From: Anaeromyxobacteraceae bacterium
GTDB taxonomy: Bacteria > Myxococcota > Myxococcia > Myxococcales > Anaeromyxobacteraceae
DNA length: 64,000 bases
Assembly (NCBI GenBank): GCA_032654565.1
Contig: JAULAX010000015.1
Location: 1 to 64,000 of the forward strand
Reading direction: 5' to 3'
The first letter of the stretch is position 1, and every line of letters begins with the position of its first letter. Positions 38,327 to 48,163 of the stretch are shown here, in pieces. The translations under genes were made by a program, and so were the position numbers. The notes below the pieces were generated by a model. It did no database searches. It saw only the letters and a list, made by a program, of their open reading frames with translations, and had not been told where the DNA came from.

Positions 38327-39010
38327 ATGACCCCCTCCCCGCGACTCCTGGTGCCGCTCACCCTGCTGCTCTCCGCCTGCGCCACCGGCCGCCCCGGCGC
38401 GGCGCCCCAGGCCCAGCGGCCCGGGGCCCCGGTGGTGGCGCGGGGGCAGCCCGAGGCCGAGGCCCGCGCCGCCGACCTGGCCTTCTCCGCCGCCACCGCC
38501 GCGCACGACGAGCGGGCCTTCGCGTCCTTCATCGCCCCCGACGCCGTCTTCGTGAGCCGGGAGGGGGTGGCCGTCGGGGTGGCCGCCATCGGCATCGACT
38601 GGGCCCCGCTGCTGGCCCCCGAGGGGCCGACGCTCACCTGGGCCCCGGACTCGGCGCTGGCCGCCGGCAGCGGCGACCTGGTGCTGACCCGCGGCGGCTG
38701 GACCCTGGCCTCGCCGGCCGGCGCCCCCGCCGGGGCCGGCCGCTACGTCACGCTCTGGAGGCGCGAGCCCGACGGCAAGCTCCGGGCGGTGCTCGACGCC
38801 CTCGACGCGCCGCTCCCGCTCGAGTCGGCCTCGGCGACGCGCCACCCGCTCCGCCGCCTCATCTCCAGCGACGAGCGGGTCAGCGCCGTGGCCGGCCTGC
38901 TCCTCGACGGCCTGAAGGAGGTGGGCGGCTTCATGCTGGTGGAGGTGCGCGAGGGGGACACCTGGCGCCTGCTGGTCGAGGTGGGAAGCTGGCGGCCGGG
39001 CGGGCGCTAG
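38327..39010 (+). CDS. NTF2-like (DUF4440) lipoprotein
   Basis: Lipobox LSAC; AFASFIAPDAVF, LTWAP, SGDL..T.G, GRYVTLWRREPDGK. Confidence 0.75.
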   Translation: MTPSPRLLVPLTLLLSACATGRPGAAPQAQRPGAPVVARGQPEAEARAADLAFSAATAAHDERAFASFIAPDAVFVSREGVAVGVAAIGIDWAPLLAPEGPTLTWAPDSALAAGSGDLVLTRGGWTLASPAGAPAGAGRYVTLWRREPDGKLRAVLDALDAPLPLESASATRHPLRRLISSDERVSAVAGLLLDGLKEVGGFMLVEVREGDTWRLLVEVGSWRPGGR

Positions 39011-39604
39011 CTAGATCCTGGTCAGCCTCGCCAGCAGCGCCCTGGCGGGCGGCGCCCCGACCCGCTCGAAGCCGGCCGGCCTCACCTCCATGGTGGCGAA
39101 GAGGGAGCGGAAGGCCTCGCGGATGTCGTCCTCCGACACCCGGCGCGGGCCCGGGCCGGGCGGCTCCTCGGTGGACCAGGCGAGGATGAAGAGATCGGCG
39201 CCGGACGAGGTCACCTCGGCCAGCGACTCGGCGTAGCGCCGTCGGTCGGCGTCGGAGAAGACGTGGAAGAGGCCGACGTCGATGACGGTCTCGAAGCGCT
39301 TGCGCAGCCGCCCGAGCTGCAGCGCGTCCCAGACGTGGAACTGGGCCGGCAGCTTCCGCTCGACCGCCTTCTGGCGGGCCCGCTCGATCCCGGTGGCCGA
39401 GCCGTCGAGGCCCCAGACCTGGTGGCCGCGGCCGGCCAGGTAGAGGGCGTTCTCGCCGGTGCCGCAGCCGATGTCGAGCACGGCGCCCACGATCAGGCCG
39501 GCCTCGGCCAGCGCCACGATCTCGGCCTGGGGCCGGCCGATGTCCCACGGCGCGTCGCCGCGCTGGTAATCGGCCTCGAAATCACGGTGCGGGCCCTCGC
39601 TCAT
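39011..39604 (-). CDS. Class I SAM-dependent methyltransferase
   Basis: PWDIGRPQ, VLDIGCGTGENA, GLD.S, IDVGLFH. AAGGAGG RBS. Confidence 0.9.
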   Translation of the reverse strand: MSEGPHRDFEADYQRGDAPWDIGRPQAEIVALAEAGLIVGAVLDIGCGTGENALYLAGRGHQVWGLDGSATGIERARQKAVERKLPAQFHVWDALQLGRLRKRFETVIDVGLFHVFSDADRRRYAESLAEVTSSGADLFILAWSTEEPPGPGPRRVSEDDIREAFRSLFATMEVRPAGFERVGAPPARALLARLTRI

Positions 39605-39669
39605 GCCGTCCTCCTTGCCGCGGCCGGGCTCCCGGCGCAAGCCGGATTCCAGGCGTCGCGGGCGTCGCC

Positions 39670-40839
39670 CTACTCCACCGCCAGCAGGTCGTCGGGGAGG
39701 TCGGTGAAGCGCTCTCCGCCCCCCTCGGCCACGGCGAAGGTGTTCTCGATGCCCACCGCCCCCAGCCCGGGGAAGACGAACTTCGGCTCGATGGCCAGGG
39801 TCATGCCGGCGCGGAGCGGGGCGTCGAAGCCCGGCGCCAGCACCGGCACCTCGTCCAGCTCCATGCCGATGCCGTGGCCGACGAAGCGCGCCTGCGCCCC
39901 GGGCGGCCCCATGAACAGGCCGCCCAGGCCGGCCTCCTCGGCGCGCCGGCTGGCCAGCGCGAAGAGCTGGCTGGGCACGGCCCCGGGCACCAGCCCGGCC
40001 GCCAGCTCGTCCTGTATGGCGCGGGCCACCTCGAAGCCGCGCCGCAGCTCGGGCGGCAGCGTCCCGCAGACCGCCAGCCGGGTCATGTCGGTGAGGTAGC
40101 CGCCCAGGTTGGCGGTGTAGTCGAGCAGCACCGGCGCGTCGCGCCCCACCAGGTCGCGGGAGGCCCCCAGCGGCGAGGAGGGGGAGAGGCCGCGGCCGGT
40201 GACCGGCCCGTCGAAGTAGCTGGGGGCGGTGGCGCCGCCGCCGGCCACCGCCAGCCCCATGAAGAACTCCTGGTTCCAGCCCCGCACCCGCGGGCTCCCC
40301 TCGTTGCCGGCCCGGCGCATCCGCGCCTCCAGCTCCGCGGCCAGGTCGAGCTCGCGCATCCCCGGGCGGAGGAACTCCGGCACCTGGCGCAGCACGCCGG
40401 AGAGCAGCAGCGAGGTGGCGCGCATCCGCGCCAGCTCCCAGGCCGACTTGACGCTGCGCAGCTCGCGCACCGTCATGGAGAGGTCGGTCCACTCGACGCC
40501 GGGCAGCGCCTTGCCCCAGAACTGCTGCACCGCCACCGGCACGGTGTCGAAGGTGAGGCCGAGGCGCCGGGCCCCGCCGCAGAGGGAGGCCAGCTCGCGC
40601 GACGGCGGGAAGGGGAGCACCCGCGCCAGCGGGCTCTCGGCCCGGGCCCGCTCCAGGCTCTTGCGGACCAGCAACGCCGGCTCCCCCGCCACCGGCACCC
40701 AGAGCGCCGCGGTCTGGCGGGTGCCGGAGAGCCAGAGGACGTCGACGGCCTGGAGCACCAGCGCCCCCTCCAGCTGGCGGGCGGCCAGCGCCGCGCGGAG
40801 GTCGGTGAGGCGGCGGGTGCACTCGGCGGCCGGGGTCAT
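39670..40839 (-). CDS. Xaa-Pro aminopeptidase family (M24)
   Basis: Creatinase-like N-terminus, RSVKS..E, GY.TDMTR, GHGIGMELDE.P, IEPK, GIENT. Confidence 0.9.
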   Translation of the reverse strand: MTPAAECTRRLTDLRAALAARQLEGALVLQAVDVLWLSGTRQTAALWVPVAGEPALLVRKSLERARAESPLARVLPFPPSRELASLCGGARRLGLTFDTVPVAVQQFWGKALPGVEWTDLSMTVRELRSVKSAWELARMRATSLLLSGVLRQVPEFLRPGMRELDLAAELEARMRRAGNEGSPRVRGWNQEFFMGLAVAGGGATAPSYFDGPVTGRGLSPSSPLGASRDLVGRDAPVLLDYTANLGGYLTDMTRLAVCGTLPPELRRGFEVARAIQDELAAGLVPGAVPSQLFALASRRAEEAGLGGLFMGPPGAQARFVGHGIGMELDEVPVLAPGFDAPLRAGMTLAIEPKFVFPGLGAVGIENTFAVAEGGGERFTDLPDDLLAVE

Positions 40840-40843
40840 GACC

Positions 40844-41692
40844 TCACTCCGTACCACGCCCGGCGGCGCCGCCCAGCCAGCGATGGAGTCGGGGCCCGGC
40901 GGCGTAGCCGGCCGCGGCGAAGACCACGCCCGCCAGCAGGTCGACCACGTAGTGGACGTGGATGTAGACGGTGGAGAAGACGATGACCGCCGCCCAGGCG
41001 CCGAGGATGGGCGCGGCCCGGGGGAAGCGGGTGGCGGCCAGCGCCACCGGCAGGATCGAGAGCGCGGTGTGGCCGCTGGGGAAGGCGTCGAGGGTGGTGG
41101 CCTCGGCGGCCGCCAGGAAGGCCCGCGCCGCCGCGCTCACCGCGCCGCCGCCCAGCAGGGCCTCCTCGGGGACCGGGACCCGTGGCCCCGAGGCCGGCAG
41201 GCCGAGGTAGCCGAGGTAGGTCAGGTAGAAGGTGGCCAGCAGCGTCACCCCCACCACCTCACCGTCGGCCGGATCGCACCGGCGCGCCGCCAGGTAGACC
41301 CCCAGCGGCAGCGCGTAGTAGCTCAGGTAGCCGAGGTAGGCGGCGTCGGTGAGCAGCGCCGGTCGCCCCAGCGCCCCCTGCCAGGCCACCACCAGCCCGG
41401 CGAACCAGCGGGCGTCGAGGTCGGCCAGGGCGCCGTCCCAGCGGACCGGGTTGACCGCCTCGATGAGCGGCTGGAGCACGGCGTAGACCACCAGCACCGC
41501 CGCCACCGGCAACAGGTCGCGCAGCAGGCCGGCCGCGCCGCGCCGCTCGCCGCCCCGGGCCAGCCACCAGGTGGCGCCGGCGAAGAGGGCCAGGGCCGCC
41601 AGGTGGAGGCCGGTCCCGGGCGGCCGCGCCGCGGCGAAGGCCGCCGAGAGCGCCACCAGCACCGCCAGGGTGAGCCGCTCGGTGGGGCGCAC
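40844..41692 (-). CDS. PAP2-family membrane phosphatase/phosphotransferase
   Basis: Several TM helices, PASGPR, AFPSGH, HYVVDLLAG. Confidence 0.88.
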   Translation of the reverse strand: MRPTERLTLAVLVALSAAFAAARPPGTGLHLAALALFAGATWWLARGGERRGAAGLLRDLLPVAAVLVVYAVLQPLIEAVNPVRWDGALADLDARWFAGLVVAWQGALGRPALLTDAAYLGYLSYYALPLGVYLAARRCDPADGEVVGVTLLATFYLTYLGYLGLPASGPRVPVPEEALLGGGAVSAAARAFLAAAEATTLDAFPSGHTALSILPVALAATRFPRAAPILGAWAAVIVFSTVYIHVHYVVDLLAGVVFAAAGYAAGPRLHRWLGGAAGRGTE

Positions 41693-41698
41693 GCCGCC

Positions 41699-42604
41699 TC
41701 AGCCCGGCCCGGCGGCGGGGGCGGGCGCCGGCCCGGCGGGAACGGCGACGCCGGTCCAGCGCGGCTCCCCGGCCGGATCGCCCAGCCAGCGCGCCGGGTC
41801 CTCCACCACCTGCTGGACGATGGCCAGCCCCCGCGACGCCGAGAGGGCGTCGTCGATCCGCTCGTCGAAGGTCCAGCGCACGTCGAGCGCCTCGACCGAG
41901 ACCACGCCGTCGCGCTCGGCGAAGGGGTGGCGGTGCACGGCGGAGACGGCGCCGAAGATCGAGCAGTTCCCGTACTCGAAGAGGTGGTGCCAGGCGTGGG
42001 AGACGCCCACCGAGCCGAGGTTGGCGAGGAAGAGGCTCGAGTACATGGGATCGTGCTCGGTCATGAAGCGCGGGAAGAGGTTCCAGTGGTCGAGCCAGCG
42101 GGCCAGGTCGACCAGCAGCCGGACCACCGGCCCGGGCAGCCGCATGACCAGGTCGGCCTCGCGGTCCACCTGGCGCCCCCCGGCCCGGGCGCCGTCGATG
42201 AGGGTGACCAGCCCGCGGGAGAAGTCCGGGAAGGAGCCGCCGCGCGCCACCTCCAGCTTCACCGTGGTGTCGGGGGCGTCCTCCTTGAGCTCGGTCTTGG
42301 CCACGAAGGCCAGCGAGACGCCGCGCCGCTGCCAGATGCGGTGGCCGGAAACGAAGCGGTTGAGGCGCGGCTTCTCGTGGAGGGCCACGGCGCAGCCGTA
42401 GGCCACCAGGTGGAAGAGGGTGGCCGGGTGGGACCGGTGGGCGCGGTTGTAGGCGCGCAGCCAGGCCCGGGCCGCGGCGACGCGGTAGAGCGACTGCTGG
42501 TAGACGGCGCTCTCGTTCCGGCGCCGCATCAGGTAGGGCATGATCAGGCGGACCGGCCCCTCGTCGCGGACCAGGTCACCGTCGTGTCGGCCGAACAGTG
42601 GCAT
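41699..42604 (-). CDS. 2-oxoacid dehydrogenase E2-like acyltransferase-fold protein (catalytic domain only)
   Basis: PRLNRFV.G.RIWQR, LANLGSVG, TFDERIDD (HxxxDG motif degenerate). No lipoyl domain. Confidence 0.75.
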   Translation of the reverse strand: MPLFGRHDGDLVRDEGPVRLIMPYLMRRRNESAVYQQSLYRVAAARAWLRAYNRAHRSHPATLFHLVAYGCAVALHEKPRLNRFVSGHRIWQRRGVSLAFVAKTELKEDAPDTTVKLEVARGGSFPDFSRGLVTLIDGARAGGRQVDREADLVMRLPGPVVRLLVDLARWLDHWNLFPRFMTEHDPMYSSLFLANLGSVGVSHAWHHLFEYGNCSIFGAVSAVHRHPFAERDGVVSVEALDVRWTFDERIDDALSASRGLAIVQQVVEDPARWLGDPAGEPRWTGVAVPAGPAPAPAAGPG

Positions 42605-42636
42605 CCGCCGAGGGTCGGACCGGACCGGGCGTGCTG

Positions 42637-44691
42637 TCAAGCCAGCGGCGGGGCGGCCGGCAGCACCACGCTGAAGCTGGAGCCCTGCCCGACCACGCTG
42701 GCGGCGGTGAGGGCCCCGCCGTGGGCGGTGACGATGGCGTGGCTGACGGCCAGGCCGAGCCCCATCCCCTGCCCCACGTCGCGGGTGGTGAAGAAGGGCT
42801 CGAAGATCCGCCCCAGGGTCTCCGGGTCCATGCCCGCGCCGTGGTCGATCACCTCGAGGAGGGCGGTCCCCGGCAGCCCCGGGCCGACCCGCACCACCAC
42901 CCCCGGGCGCCCCGGCGGGGTGGCCTTGACGGCGTTGCCGAGCAGGCTCGCCAGCACCTGGGTGATCTGGTCCAGGGCGCCGAGGACGTCGGGCGCCCCC
43001 AGGTCCTCGACGGTGATGGCCACCTCGGCCCCGGCGCCGGGGGGCAGCCCCTTCACCGCCTGCCGGGCGACGTCGATGGGCCGCAGCCGCTCCCGCCGGG
43101 TGAGCGGCTGCCTGAAGACCATCAGGTCCTTGACGATGCGGGCGATGCGCTGGCCGCCCTCCTGGGCGTCGTGCAGCGCGGCGATGGCCTCGTCGAGGCC
43201 GGGGAGCTCGGCACGCACCGCCGCCGCCGGGTTGGACTGGAGCCGGAGCCGCAGCCCCTCCAGCGCCTCCAGCGCCATGGCCTGGTTGGCCACCTCGACC
43301 ACCAGGGGGTTGTTGATCTCGTGGGCCACGCCGGCCACCAGGGTGCCGAGCGCGGCCAGCCGGGAGGCCACCTCCAGCCGGTCGTGCAGCGCCACCTGCT
43401 CGGTGACGTCCTCGGTCATGACCATGCCCATGACCACCGCGCCGGCCTCGTCGCGCACCGGGTAGGTGCAGACCTCCAGCTGGCGGCCGCGCACCTCCAG
43501 CGCCGTCTGGGTGGACCGGCCCGCCAGCGCCTCGCGGAAGGCCGCCTCGATCCGCACCGCCAGCTCCGGGGGGGCGTACTCCGCCGGGGTCCGCCCGCGG
43601 AGCCGGTCGAGGTCCTCGGTGAGGCTGGGCCGGGTGCCGTCGATGACCGTCATCCGCAGCTCGGTGTCGAACAGACCGACCACTCCTCGCGGGAAGTGGT
43701 GGGCGATGGCGCGGTAGAGCCGCTCGCTCTGGCGCAGCGCCTCCTCGGAGCGCTTCCGCTCGGTGACGTCCACGACCGTGCCGGTCATCCGGAGGGGCTG
43801 GCCGGCCGGGTCCCGCTCCAGCTCCCCCTCCGCCGCCAGCCAGCGCACCGGCTGGTCCCGAGGGAGGATGCGCAGCTCGTAGTGGAAGTGGCCGGTGGCC
43901 AGGGCCTCGGCGAAGGCGCGCAGGAAGACGGGCCGGTCCTCCGGGACCACGTGGTGGAGCGCCTCCTCGGGGCCCCAGCTGGCCTGCAGCGCGTCGTAGC
44001 CGAAGAGCTGGTCGTGGCGGAGCGTCCGCCACGCCCGGTTGGTGACCATGTCCAGGTCCCACAGCCCCACCTTCCCGGCCCGGGTGGCCAGGTCGAGCCG
44101 CTCCTGCTGGAGGCGCAGCTCCTGCTGGTTGGCCCGGAGCGCCTCCTCGGCCCGCTTGCGGTCGGCGATGTCCCAGGCCAGATCGGCCAGCGCCGCGACC
44201 GCGGCGACGTCCTCCTCCAGGTAGTCGCTGGCCTTGTTCCCCACCCCGACCACGGCGCAGATGCGGCCGGCGCGCCAGACCGGGACGGCCAGCTCGCGGA
44301 CCACCGGCGCGTGGCCCGGCGGGAGGCCGCGCCGGCGGGGGAGCGAGGCGTAGTCGTTGTGCACCACCGGCCGGCCGACCCGCACGCAGTCGGCCCAGAC
44401 GCCGGCCTGGTCGAGCGGATAGTGCCGGCCGGCCCCTTCGGCCGAGCACATCTCCGCCACCGTGCGGGTGGACCAGGCCTGGAGCTGCAGCGAGACCTGG
44501 TCGTCGCCGACGAAGTGGAAGAAGCCGATCTGACTGCCGGTGAGCGCCTCGGCCTGGTCGAGCGTGGCGGTGAGCAGCTCCTGCAGCGTGCCGCCGGGTG
44601 CCCGCTCGAGGAGCAGCAGCCGGGCGCCGTCGATGCGCTCGCGCCTCGACGTGGCCACGACCTCGGCTGGTGGTGCCCGACCGGTGGACAT
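42637..44691 (-). CDS. GAF-PAS-PAS sensor histidine kinase
   Basis: GAF (GVWADC...HNDY), two PAS domains, HisKA AGVAHEINNPL, HATPase NAVKA, D.GAGM, FEPFFTT, GMGLGL. Confidence 0.92.
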   Translation of the reverse strand: MSTGRAPPAEVVATSRRERIDGARLLLLERAPGGTLQELLTATLDQAEALTGSQIGFFHFVGDDQVSLQLQAWSTRTVAEMCSAEGAGRHYPLDQAGVWADCVRVGRPVVHNDYASLPRRRGLPPGHAPVVRELAVPVWRAGRICAVVGVGNKASDYLEEDVAAVAALADLAWDIADRKRAEEALRANQQELRLQQERLDLATRAGKVGLWDLDMVTNRAWRTLRHDQLFGYDALQASWGPEEALHHVVPEDRPVFLRAFAEALATGHFHYELRILPRDQPVRWLAAEGELERDPAGQPLRMTGTVVDVTERKRSEEALRQSERLYRAIAHHFPRGVVGLFDTELRMTVIDGTRPSLTEDLDRLRGRTPAEYAPPELAVRIEAAFREALAGRSTQTALEVRGRQLEVCTYPVRDEAGAVVMGMVMTEDVTEQVALHDRLEVASRLAALGTLVAGVAHEINNPLVVEVANQAMALEALEGLRLRLQSNPAAAVRAELPGLDEAIAALHDAQEGGQRIARIVKDLMVFRQPLTRRERLRPIDVARQAVKGLPPGAGAEVAITVEDLGAPDVLGALDQITQVLASLLGNAVKATPPGRPGVVVRVGPGLPGTALLEVIDHGAGMDPETLGRIFEPFFTTRDVGQGMGLGLAVSHAIVTAHGGALTAASVVGQGSSFSVVLPAAPPLA

Positions 44692-44827
44692 GCTGCCGAC
44701 CTCAGCCCCGACTCCCGCGCCGGACGCTAGCGCGATCCGTGAAGGGCTGCTAGGGACCGGGGTGGGCCCGGGGCGCACCTCACGGCCGGTCACACCTCTT
44801 CGAGTGCCGCGGCGAGGGTGACGACCC

Positions 44828-45844
44828 CTACGGCACCGGGGGCAACCCCGGCACCGGCCCGGGGACGGTCACGCAGGTCGCCGCGCTGCCGCCGCTGCAG
44901 TTGAGGCGCCCCGGGCAGGAGATGTCGAGCGGGTCGCTCACCCAGGTCAGGCAGGCGTCGGCGGTCCAGCACTGTTCGAAGCTCCCGATGGGTGTCAGGT
45001 CGCCGGCCCGCGTGAACTCCACCCGGTCACGCCCGGCGCCAGCGGCGTCGAACCCGGCCGTCACCGCCAGCAGGTCGCCCGAGGCGTTCTTGATGGCGAA
45101 GTCGAAGCGGCCGCTCCCGTCGGAGTAGCCGGCGAAGCCGTAGTCGAACTGGACCAGGCCGAACCCCTGGGTCTCGACGGCCGGGAGCATGGTCAGGTGG
45201 GTGACGCGCGGCGAGCCGCTCCGGTCGTACCGCACGTCCATGGCGCCGTGCGGCGTGTCGGCGTCCTGCATCCCCACGGCCCAGATGGCGGTGAAGTCGA
45301 GCTCGAGCTGGCCGCGACCGCGCGACGCCGAGGCGCCCACGAAGGTGCCGAAGAGGAGCGGCGTGAAGGCCCCCCCTGCCGCACGCTTCCGGGCCTCGAA
45401 GGAGTAGGCGTAGCGCGGGTGGGGGGCGGCGGCGGCGGGCCAGGAGCGGGTGAAGACGATCTGGATCTCGTTGCCCGGGTGCTGCTGGTCGTCGAACGGC
45501 CCCCAGCGCCGCAGGTCCTGCTCGCGGTGGGTGGGCGGGTGGCGGCGCACCACGTCGACCAGCCCGAGCACCCAGTCGATGCCGCGGTTGAAGTCCTGGC
45601 TGGTCTTCTCGGCGGAGAGCCAGGTCTCGGCGGTCCCCAGGCCGGTGCAGGCGGCGACCGCGCCCACCGGGGTGGCCATCAGGGCCTGCGGCGCCACCGC
45701 CGCCGGCACCGCCACCCTGATCTCCTCGCGCCTCGGCAGCGCCTCGACGAAGCGGATGTCCTCGTTGGAGAAGTTGCCGCAGCCGGCCAGCAGGAGCAGC
45801 GCCAGCGGGGCGAGACGGAGCGGCCGTTCAGTCGGAGAGCGCAT
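44828..45844 (-). CDS. Lipoprotein (cassette lipoprotein B)
   Basis: Lipobox LLAGC; beta-rich with a Cys-rich C-terminus; overlaps the caspase stop. Confidence 0.8.
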   Translation of the reverse strand: MRSPTERPLRLAPLALLLLAGCGNFSNEDIRFVEALPRREEIRVAVPAAVAPQALMATPVGAVAACTGLGTAETWLSAEKTSQDFNRGIDWVLGLVDVVRRHPPTHREQDLRRWGPFDDQQHPGNEIQIVFTRSWPAAAAPHPRYAYSFEARKRAAGGAFTPLLFGTFVGASASRGRGQLELDFTAIWAVGMQDADTPHGAMDVRYDRSGSPRVTHLTMLPAVETQGFGLVQFDYGFAGYSDGSGRFDFAIKNASGDLLAVTAGFDAAGAGRDRVEFTRAGDLTPIGSFEQCWTADACLTWVSDPLDISCPGRLNCSGGSAATCVTVPGPVPGLPPVP

Positions 45845-47417
45845 ATTCGATCCCGATGAGCCCCTCTGCGAAGCCGAGGCTCATGTTCTTGTCGACGTTG
45901 TAGAAGAGCCAGCCCACCCGGGCTCGGGCCACGGCCGCCAGCCGCGGCGTGAAGTGCCAGGCCGCCGCCCCCACCAGCCCCGGCGTCACCGTGAAGAAAT
46001 ACTGGCCGGGGAGCTGCGTGGCCTGGTCGAAGGTCCGGCCCAGCCAGATGAAGGCCACCCGACCACCCACCGAGAGGGTGGCGTGCCCCGGGCGCCACTC
46101 GGTCCAGAGCGAGGCGCCGCCCGAGACCTCGGTGAAGCGGACTCCGATGGGGTCGAGCCCCTCCAGCCGGAGCGTCCCCCGTCCTCCGCCGGTCGACAGG
46201 TCGAGCCCCCAGGCCAGTCCGTGCCCGAGGTCGTCGCGGACCGCCAGCTCGACCCCGACCAGCGTGGCTGGTGGAAAGAGCCCATCGCGCGCGGCCGCGT
46301 CGAAGAAGCGCTGTCCGCCCAGGCCGGCCACCAGCGACCAGGCCGCGCCGCCATACCCCTTCTGCGGATCGCGGGCCAGCGCCACCCGATCCATCTGCGC
46401 CTCGTCGACCACCGCCGCCGCCTCGGCCACCGCCAGCGTGGCCACCAGCAGCCCCTCGTCGCCCAGGAGCCGCTTCTTGACGGTGTAGCGGCCGGGCGGC
46501 AGCGAGAGGCGTCGCTCCACGCCGGCCGGCTTGGCCACCTCGGCCACCGCCCGGCCCGAGGCGTCGAGCACCACGTAGATCCCCTCGAGCGCCGCGGGGA
46601 AGACCAGCCCGCCGGCCCGGGGCGCCAGGTCGGTGAGGACCACGTCGCCGGCGCCACCCAGGTCGTAGAGGAAGACCGGGTGCTGCACGCCGGCCGCAGA
46701 GCCGGCCGTGTCTCCCACCGTCCGGGCGTAGGCGTAAGCGTAGGCCTCGGCCAGGGTCACCTTGCGGTCGCCGGAGGCGTCGGCGTCGCCGAGCAGGCCG
46801 GAGGCGAGGTGGTGCGTGAAGTAGGAGGCGCCCAGCGCGTCCGACTCCTGCGAGTCCTCGTCGGAAGCCGACGAGGCGATGATCACCAGCCCGCGCGGTC
46901 CGGCCTCGCGCGCCGCGGTCACGTCGAAGGCCGGCGCGGGGCGGACCCCCTTGGCGCGGGCGATGGCCCCCGAGCGGCAGGCGTCGAAGAGCCCGATGCG
47001 GACGTCGGCGGGCGCCGCCTGGAGCGCCTCGCGCAGGTCGGCCAGCGGCAGGCCGCCGCCGCCGAAGCGCAGCGCACCGTCCTTGGCGTGGCCGGAGAAG
47101 TAGACCAGCAGCACCGTCGCCTCCCCGGCCGCGTGGGCCGCGGTGGCGCGCGCCGAGAGGTCGGCGAGGGCGCCGCGGAAGGAGCGGACCCCGGAGGAGA
47201 GGAGCAGCGTGGCGTCCTCGGGGTGGACCCCGCCGACGCGGGTGAGGATGCCGTGGATGCGCCTGGCGTCCCGCTCGGCGTGGCGGAGCCGCTGCGTCCC
47301 GGGCCCGCCGTCCGGCTCGCCGGCCACCAGCGCGAACCGACGCGGCGCGGCCTGCGCGGTGGCGGCCGCGGCCAGCGCCAGCGCGGCGACCACGGCCTGG
47401 GCGAGCCGGAGGTTCAC
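45828..47417 (-). CDS. Exported caspase-like protease (peptidase C14) with beta-sandwich and C-terminal OM beta-barrel
   Basis: Signal peptide (AQAVVAALALAAAATAQA), RFALV.G, LRHAE.DA, LVYFSGHA (His), FDACRSG (Cys), ASSA.DEDSQES, FTHHL..GL.G.AD. Then LPPGRYTV and alternating strands ending GIEYALSD. Confidence 0.9.
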   Translation of the reverse strand: MNLRLAQAVVAALALAAAATAQAAPRRFALVAGEPDGGPGTQRLRHAERDARRIHGILTRVGGVHPEDATLLLSSGVRSFRGALADLSARATAAHAAGEATVLLVYFSGHAKDGALRFGGGGLPLADLREALQAAPADVRIGLFDACRSGAIARAKGVRPAPAFDVTAAREAGPRGLVIIASSASDEDSQESDALGASYFTHHLASGLLGDADASGDRKVTLAEAYAYAYARTVGDTAGSAAGVQHPVFLYDLGGAGDVVLTDLAPRAGGLVFPAALEGIYVVLDASGRAVAEVAKPAGVERRLSLPPGRYTVKKRLLGDEGLLVATLAVAEAAAVVDEAQMDRVALARDPQKGYGGAAWSLVAGLGGQRFFDAAARDGLFPPATLVGVELAVRDDLGHGLAWGLDLSTGGGRGTLRLEGLDPIGVRFTEVSGGASLWTEWRPGHATLSVGGRVAFIWLGRTFDQATQLPGQYFFTVTPGLVGAAAWHFTPRLAAVARARVGWLFYNVDKNMSLGFAEGLIGIEYALSD

Positions 47418-48163
47418 GGGGCGCCCCGGAGCAGCGGCAGCACCAGCACGTCCAGCGATGCCGCCGGCCCGGCCGGGTCCGGATCCCCGGCGACGAGCCG
47501 ACCAAGGAGCGAGGCACCGTCGATGGGCCGGTCGCCCAGCACCACCACCAGCCGGCCGCGCCGCCCGGTCCACTCGAAGGGTTCGGCCAGCGGGCCTGGC
47601 GAGGCGGGGCCAGCGTGGAGGAGCGCCGGTCCGTCCTCGTCCACCAGGGCCACCGCCACCCAGGTGCGGCGGGCCGGGGAGAGCGTGAGACGCAGGGCCG
47701 CTCCGGCCGGGACCGGCTCGCCGGGGAGGAGGACCCGCGCGCCGCTCCCCTCGCGGACCAGGAGCTGGACCGCCGCCCCGCCCTTGATGCGGGTGCCGTC
47801 GTCGCCCCCGACCCGCGGACCCTCCCGGTGGAGGGTGGAGAGCAGCGGCGCCGCCACCGCCGCCACCAGGCCGGCGGCGAGGGCCAGCGGGACGACGCGC
47901 CTCCAGGCGCGGCCGGGCGGGCGGGCCTGCGCCCGGGCCAGCTGCTCGGCCACGCCGGCCGCGAAGGCCTCGAAGGGGAGATCGGCGGCGAGCGTCCGGC
48001 GCTCCGCCTCCAGGCCCGCGGCGGCCTGCTGGCAACGGGCGCAGCCGTCGAGGTGGGCCTCGAGGCGGGACCGCTCGTCGCCGGAGAGCTCGCCGGCGGC
48101 GAGTCGGCGCAGGCGGGTGACGCTGCAGGCCACGCCGGGGCCGCCCAGCGACAGGGTGGTCAT
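47414..48163 (-). CDS. Transmembrane anti-sigma factor (zf-HC2, TM, periplasmic Ig-like domain)
   Basis: HLDGCARC ZAS motif, TM VVPLALAAGLVAAVAAPLL, RIKG, then a beta-rich domain. ATGA/GTGA overlaps with both neighbours. Confidence 0.85.
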   Translation of the reverse strand: MTTLSLGGPGVACSVTRLRRLAAGELSGDERSRLEAHLDGCARCQQAAAGLEAERRTLAADLPFEAFAAGVAEQLARAQARPPGRAWRRVVPLALAAGLVAAVAAPLLSTLHREGPRVGGDDGTRIKGGAAVQLLVREGSGARVLLPGEPVPAGAALRLTLSPARRTWVAVALVDEDGPALLHAGPASPGPLAEPFEWTGRRGRLVVVLGDRPIDGASLLGRLVAGDPDPAGPAASLDVLVLPLLRGAP

